From assembly GCF_009914755.1 (NCBI RefSeq), contig NC_060927.1: a stretch of 64,000 nucleotides of DNA. One strand, written 5' to 3'. Below, one piece after another: positions 56,801-64,000 of this stretch. Numbering within the stretch: the stretch's first letter is position 1; every line of letters begins with the position of its first letter. Source of the stretch: the human T2T-CHM13v2.0 reference genome, Homo sapiens. The notes beneath the pieces were generated by a model that worked only from the letters and a program-made list of their open reading frames with translations, had not been told where the DNA came from and did not search any database. The position numbers and the translations under genes were made by a program.

Positions 56801-59800
56801 CAGGGTGTATCAGAGGCCTGTCAGGTCACGACAGGGGCAGGATGCAGAGCAGTAGTCTGAAGCCCCAGTGAAAGTAGGTAAAAGCCCTGACTTATAACCC
56901 AAGGTAAGAGAGCAGTCAGTTATTTACTTATGAATATACAACTGCTTCATCATCATTTGTTGAAGATTATATATGTTTCTTAGCACTTTTGTCAAATATT
57001 ATTTGACCATGTATGTGTGAGTTTATTTCCAGGTACTCATCTGTTCTACCAATATCTAGGTCTGTCTTTATACCAATACCGGCCTGTCTTGATTCCTGTA
57101 CTTTTAATTAAGTCTTAAGATTATATAGTCTGTATCCTCAAACTTTCTTATTTTTCAGAACAATTTGGGCTATTCTAGGTCTATTATACTTCTCTATATA
57201 TTTTACAATCATGTTTTAAGTTTCTTAAGTAAAAAAGAAGTCTGCTGGGATTTTGTTTGAAATTGCTGTGAATTTGTAGATCAGTTTGGGGAAAAGTAAC
57301 AATATTGAATTTTCTAACCATTAAGCAAGGTACATCTTTCAATTTACTTAAGTCTTCTTTAATTTCTCTCAACAATAATTATAATTTTTAATGTACAGAT
57401 TTTCCACATTTGCTGTTAAATTTATTCATATGTATTTCATAATTGCAATGCCACTATGAATGTTGATTCAAGAGTTCCATAAATTTTAGTTCAGTGAAGG
57501 AGGTTCACAGTGTCGCTTACAAATTCTATATCCTTACTGATTTGTTTTCTCTGATTATTCTATCAGTTATTAAAAGAGGAATGTTTGCATACTACACCTT
57601 AATTGTAGATTTGTCTATTTTCCCTTTCAGTTCTATTGGTTTTCATGAATTTTGAAGCTTTATTATAAGATGAATCCACATTTAGGATTGCTATATCTTC
57701 TTAAGAAATTGATTCCTTAATCATTCTCCCTATATATCTCTCAAAATTTCCTTTTTCTGAAATAGACTTTGTCTATATTAGTATAGTCGTTTCAGCATTT
57801 TTTAAATTAGTGTTTTCATTGTAAATGTTTTCCATCATTTCGCTTTATATTTAAAGTGGATTTGTTGTAGGCACCATATAGTTGGGTCTTACTTTTTATC
57901 CACTCAGGCAATCTCTGCCCATAATTGGAGTGTTTCAGTCATTTACATTAATATACTTATCTATGTGATTGGGCTTAAGCCAAACATTTTCTAATTTGTT
58001 TTTCTCTTTGTCCCCCCACTCCCCCTTTTTTTTTTCTTCTTTTTCTCTGCCTTCTTCTCAGGGAAAGATTGCATATCTTTTAATGATTCTATTTTAACTT
58101 CATTATTGATTTATTAGATATACTTCTTTTAGTTTTTTGTTTGTTCTCAGGCTTACAATATGTATCTTTGAATTATCAAATAAGTAGATAAATAAATGGA
58201 ATGATACCACTTTTCATATATTTTAATAACTTTACAACAGCATGCTTCTATTTATCCTCCTGTTTTTTGCATTATTGTCATAAATTTACTTCCATATGTT
58301 ATAAACCGCATAATACATTGTTATTAATTTTACTTTAGTCAATTATCCTTTAAAGAAATGAGAAAAGTCTTTAATATTAATTTTCATATTTAACATTTTT
58401 GTTGCTCTTCATTATATAGTGGAGATCCATATTTCCATCTGGAATCATTTTTTTCTGTCTAAGATTTCCCTTATTATTTTTGTAACCCATTTATGTGAGT
58501 GATGAATTCCTTCAGCTTTTGTTTTTTTGCAAAAATTCTTTTCCACTGCTTGAAAGATGTATTTGCTGGGTATACAATTTTAGGTTGACATTATTTTTAT
58601 TTCTTACTGCAAAGATGCCACTCCATCATCTTTTGGTTTGTATAGTTTCATCTAATTTTTTTAATGATTTTATCATTTTAATTTTTACATGTAATAAATT
58701 TTTTTATCTGCCAGCTTTTAACATTTTCTCTTTGTTATTAGTTGTTTTCAGCAATATGATTATGATGCCTTTTTGTTTTTCTTCATTCTTATTCTGCTTG
58801 GGATCTTTAAGTTTCTATTATCTGCAGGCTTATTACTGTCTTCAAATTTTGTCTGTCATTTATATAAATTGGCTATCATTTTTTCAAATATGTTTTCTTT
58901 TGTTCTTCCTTTATGAAACTCCAATTATGGAGTTTTGTTTTTTAAAGTTTTAAAGATCTCATTTCATTTTAGGTAATTTCTGTTATTTCTTCAAGTTTAC
59001 TGTCTTAGTCTGGGATGTTGTAAACAAATATACTATAAATTGGGTAGCTTATAAACAACAGAAATTTATTTCTCACAATTCTGAAGGCTGAGAAGTCTAA
59101 TATCAAGGCACCAGTAGATTTGATGTCTGGTGAGAACCTGTTCCTTATAGATAGTACCTTCTAAATTCATCGTCACATAATGGAAGGGGTGAGGCAGCTC
59201 TCTAGGGCCTCTTTTATAAGGGCTCTAATTTTATCCATGAGAGCTCCATTTTCATGACCTAGTCACCTTCCAAAGTTCCCACCTCTTAATACAATCATCT
59301 TGGGGGTTAAGTTTTAACGTATTAATTTTGGGAAAACACAAACATTCAGAGGATAGCATTCTCTATTCTTTTCTACTATAATGTCTAATGTGCAGATAAT
59401 GTTTAAATTTCATATACATTTATATCTCTAAGGCTTTTTTATGTCTTCCATTCCTTCCTTTGTCACATTTGTATTTTCCTCAACCTTCTTGATTATCTGT
59501 AATATGCTTTGAAAAGCACTTTCATTATTTTCCATCTGCTAGTTTTATCATCTCTTTCATTTCTGGATATGTTTCTATTGAGCTATTTTTTCCTCTGGTT
59601 ATCATATTTTCCTGATTCTTTATATGCCTGCTACTTTTTATATACTAGATATTGTGAATTTTACGTTTTTGGTGGTATTTTGTGCCTTTTTTTAGTAGTG
59701 TTCAACTTTTTCCTGGAATGAAATTAAGTTACTTGGAATCTGTAGCTAATTTGTCTCACTGCTGAAGTGACACTCCTATATCTGCTGTTCCATGTATTAG

Positions 59801-60280
59801 GAGAGCTCTGCAGTTTCATTGGTAGTAGCATAAAATATTCTTAGCCTTGTGTGAGCTCTGGGAATTGTTCTGCCTTATCTTTTTGGTGGCTCTTTTATAG
59901 GTCTTGAGTAGCTTCTGCACATGGATGCACAGATTAGTACACAGCCGAAGTCTCAAGGACATCTTTCTGCAAATCTCTGGTATTCTCTCTCTGTGCAGTT
60001 TATTTTGCCTTATTAGTTGTAGCTGTTTTTGTAGTCTCAGTCTCTCATCTCTGCCTCCTCAACTAAATGAGACCATCAATCTCTCTTTGAGTTCTAGTTT
60101 CCTGTGCCCAAGCCTGGGAACTATCTTCAGTCACTAACACAGAACATTTGTGAAATGTATTACCTTGGTTGCTATCCTTCTCTCATCTTATTCTATGTTG
60201 CCTGTTGACCAATATGTGAAAACTGTTGTTTAATATATTTTTGCCCACTTTTCTAGTAATTTAAAATAGGAGATTAAATC
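53890..60280 (-). mobile_element. Series of old antisense L1M fragments (EN, ORF1, 5' UTR and ORF2 pieces)
   Basis: gagaagaatgtgtattcttctgctgttgaatgg, tcttgtaggcagcatatagttgg, ttgctgtgaatttgtagatcagtttgggga; internal boundaries approximate. Confidence 0.75.
59001..59358 (-). mobile_element. MLT1A-type solo LTR
   Basis: tgtcttagtc...gcttataaacaacagaaatttatttctcaca...acaaacattcagaggatagca. Confidence 0.85.
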
Positions 60281-60619
60281 TTTTCTCTTTACCAACTTTC
60301 TGACAACTACTGCCTGACTTCCCCAGCCCTAAGCTATAACTTCTCAGTATTCTTATTTTTAATTCCAAGACAAAAATAATTATTTATGGTATATAGAATG
60401 TCATGCATCCTAGTTGCCTACATTTTTTCAGTCATTATTGCATTTAGAAACTCTATCGTGTCTGTAAGCAGAAGTAATTTGCTATATTTTAACATAAAAA
60501 GTTTAAGGATACTAATTTGTTATAACTGGTAACATGTATAATATTGCATTTATTTATAATATTAAGATCAATTCTTTTTGCATGGAAAAATTTCAATGTA
60601 CTTTAAAAATAATTTTCTG

Positions 60620-60780
60620 ACTTGATACTCATAAAAGCTCTGTGAACCAGATAAATGTAGAAGTGTAATTATCATTATAAAGAAGCTAAGGCCAAGCAAG
60701 ATTCATTAATTTTTCTCAAAGTCACATATCCTGTAAGTGATAGAGATGAGAATTAAACCCAGATCTGACCAGTATAACAA
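60620..60780 (-). mobile_element. MIR SINE
   Basis: aagctaaggcc...ctcaaagtcacata...gagaattaaacccagatctg. Confidence 0.6.
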
Positions 60781-61761
60781 TACTTTTTTTCAGTTTCCAA
60801 AGTTTGTCTTACTGGAAGATGTAGAGCTCTATGTGAATTAGCAAAACATCTAGTATGGGTAGAAGTGTTGTTGTTGTTGTGTTTTAACTTGTGTAGTGAA
60901 GTGGAAAGAACCATTTTAAGAGTAAGCAGATGGTTTGTAAACAAGATTCAATCTAAATAATACAACATGGAACGTACATAAAACAAGCAAAACAACATTC
61001 ATATAACTAATGTTTAATAGTTTATGAAGCAAAAAGTACCGACAGAATTGTTCAGCTAGAGGGCATATTGTAAATGGAGAAAAATAAGAGTTAATGTATG
61101 CCTAATGGTTAAGATAATCAAAATGCCTACTTAGAAGAGCTGTCTTTTTTAAATTTCTCAGGAGATTTAGTTAAGTAATTAATCAAATGGTCTCTTTATC
61201 TTTTGAAAGGGGCACAAAATAAAGAGCACAAAAGTAAGAAACATTTAACTTTTTGTATCTCCTCATTTCTAATATAGTGTCAATGCCTTTGATATATGAA
61301 GTTAATTTTTATTTTTCTCTCTTTCAGAAGATAATTAATTTGGAGTCTAGTAGTTATAATTTTATTTGAAAAAGGCATCTAATTACATACGTAAGCATCT
61401 TTAGCTAGTGACATTTCTTAACCTATCTCCCCCTTGCATAGCAAAAAGGTTTTGTGTGATTCTTCTGTGAAAACATAAGGCCTAGTTTAAAGAGCGGATT
61501 GGGTAATCACGACTTACATGATAAAACTGCTGGCAAAATATAATTGCCGATCATCCTTTTTTTGTGGTAAATTGTATGCCTATTATAAGAAGACAGTTTA
61601 TCCATCATAAAGGCAAGGCATCCTTCTTGACTTTACACAAATCACTGCCCAACTTCCCCAACCCTAAGACATTACTTTTCAATAATCCTATGATTGATTT
61701 GAAGATAAAAATAATCATGCTTGTTGTGATACATTCTAGTTGTATTTTTTTTCTCTCTTAG

Positions 61762-61913
61762 AGTTGCATTTGGGAACTGCAATGGGTTGGCTGTGGTGGA
61801 TTTTATACAGAAGACAGTACTGTTAAGCATGGGGACCATTGACCTATATAGATCAAGTGACTTATACCAGCGACAACCACGGTCTCCTCGAAAAAACAAA
61901 CAGTTCATTGCAG
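61762..61913 (+). CDS. STXBP5L: STXBP5L coding exon, 152 nt: VAFGNCNGLAVVDFIQKTVLLSMGTIDLYRSSDLYQRQPRSPRKNKQFIA
   Basis: Acceptor ttttttttctctcttag|A, donor GCAG|gtagga; phase matches the 126-nt exon across a 20.6-kb intron. Confidence 0.95.
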
Positions 61914-62750
61914 GTAGGAGATAAAACAAGATGAGTTATGAACTTGATTTGGTCATCTGTGTTCTTATTTTTAGATTTCTTGTCTTTCTTCTCTGATACT
62001 ATTCAAATGCATGGCAAAATAAAATCAACATAATTTACAAAATCATGTAAGTAAAATAAATTGGGCAGAAACATTGTGAGAATCTTTGAAAGGGTCAGGG
62101 GTGTGTATGTTTAAACTTCAATTTGCTATTGAAGTTAGGAAGCATCTCAACTTTCTTAGGTTTAATTCCTAAGAAATAACAGAAAATAAGAAGCTATTAA
62201 ATGTAAAAATGCTATGAAAATTAGGGCTCTGTAGTTGAAAAAAACTGCTTGCAATGGTTGTGTCAAACAGGTTAACTTTCTTCTAAAATATCTGGTCCCT
62301 TTAAAGAGATAATTTTAGGTCATTTACTACTTTTAATTTTTTAAATTAATTCCATATTGTAGCTGACTCCTTTCCTTGTTGGATGATGACCTTCCTGAAG
62401 GTATTTTCACAATTCAATAAACATTTTTCATTAACATTTTTAAAGTACTATGACAGATGGCATTTTTCTTGGAAGGATCAATAAATCGATGTATTTAACT
62501 ATAAAAGAAAATAAACTTAAGGTAATTAGGATTTAATGCCAAACTTTGATATGCCAATTATCCAAAGTTTTACTGAAATTTTAGTATATATCCAAATAGT
62601 TGGCTTTATAAACACTGCCAAAGTTTTGCATATTTTCTGTCCATTGACAGTCCAGTTGGTAAAAGAAAATTAGGCCAAAAGGTTGCAGATGAAAATGCTT
62701 CTATAATATTAAGTGTTATTTTAGACAGTCCTTTAAAGTCTTCTACTTTG

Positions 62751-62888
62751 GGCCAGATATGGTGGCTTATGCTTGTAATTCCAGTACTTTGGGAGGCCGA
62801 GGTGAGAGGATTTCTTGAGGCCAGTAATTCAAGACCAGTCTACGTAACATAGTGTGACCCCATCTCTAATAATAATAATAATAATAAC
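62751..62888 (+). mobile_element. Alu left monomer (FLAM-like) with (AAT)n tail
   Basis: ggccagatatggtggcttatgcttgtaattcc...gaccccatctct followed by (aat)n. Confidence 0.82.
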
Positions 62889-64000
62889 TTTTTAAATTTT
62901 TTAATAAGTAAATAAAATAAAATTTCTACATTGTATTATTTAAAATAATTTATTGAATATTGATGATATTACTAAATATGACCATAGGAAAATATAATAA
63001 AAAATAAAAAAGGTACATGATGGTAGGTGTTATTTTCCAAGTGGCAGATATGTCAAATTTAACATCCAAATGTGATAATAAATGAATTTCCTTTTTGGAC
63101 TAATGAAACTTGTTATACTGAAACTCTTCTTGTTAACCTTTCTTTTGCAAAACTCAATGATTTCTGAATTACCAGTTTAGACCCTTTTGAGGGGCACAAA
63201 ATTTCTCTTTCAGAAACCAAGGGTTTTTAGTGAGGGATCTCAACTTTTAGCAATATTTTAGGAGAGCTAGAAATTTCAGTTTCTGGAGATTTTGCCTCTA
63301 TCACTACCAGATTTTGAAAGGAAGACAAAATAAAAAGCAACTGTACATTCACATAACGTGAGGTTTCCTCATGATTAGGAAAGACAAGTTTGAAGTTGAT
63401 GGACTCTAGGATAGAAAGGTGTTAGGGGGCAGTAGGCTATTTATAATTAAAAATTTAGTTCCTCAGTCATAATAACCATATTTCAGGTGTTCAGTTTGCA
63501 ATGCTAAAAGCACCAATATAATCAGAAAAGCTGTGAATCCTATGACAATATCTAAATCACTTGCTGGATATACACAGTGGGGCAAAAAAAGTACATAATT
63601 TGACAAAGGTAATACAATTATTATTTAATTTAAATTAAACTGCTTGAACCTTAACAGTTACTACTAGAGCTTAGAACATTGATGACTTTAAAATCAGGAA
63701 AATCTGTGAAGTTATAAACTCAGTTTGTGTTTAGTGTACAAGATGACACAGTGAGAACTCACTTTATATTATAACAATGAAGTATTAAAGACTGAAATCT
63801 TTAGCTTTCTTTTTAATTGCTGAAGGATTAAAGACAATCATTTTTTATTAATGAAATAATTTATACATATTAGTTACAAGCCAAAGAAGTGTATTTTGTA
63901 AAAACATATAAGGAAAATGTGCCATCTACTTTTATAAGACATTTAAATAAGATAAAAATAAATATTTATAAATATTTTTATATTAAATATTTAAATAAAT

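Noticed and set aside
61914-64000. Further (alternatively spliced) STXBP5L exons after 61913; TGCATG at 62008
   Set aside because: No convincing in-frame exon with splice sites was found before the window end, and a single hexamer is not significant.

Overview
Primate (almost certainly human) genomic DNA, not prokaryotic. The window lies inside a + strand multi-exon gene that I identify by protein recall as STXBP5L (tomosyn-2, a WD40 syntaxin-binding protein). Nine GT-AG coding exons (4965-5119, 15578-15650, 20933-21080, 22402-22469, 32674-32714, 36850-37067, 39116-39288, 40998-41123, 61762-61913; 1154 nt) splice into one stop-free frame. The rest is intron, dominated by Alu, L1, L2, MIR, MaLR, a partial ERV1 provirus and DNA transposons (MER75, MER1B). 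No CRISPR, operon or RNA gene is supported, and most ORF-track entries are repeat-derived or spurious. The most notable signal is just downstream of the first exon: a ~350-bp imperfect palindrome whose best-paired 28-bp core hides a perfect consensus 5' splice site of a candidate 128-nt stop-containing (poison) exon, overlapping six CAGATG E-boxes. There are also three separate snap-back or templated-insertion repair scars (12.2-12.7 kb, 46.3-46.4 kb, 47.8 kb). Repeat subfamily names come from memory of consensus sequences and need RepeatMasker/Dfam confirmation.
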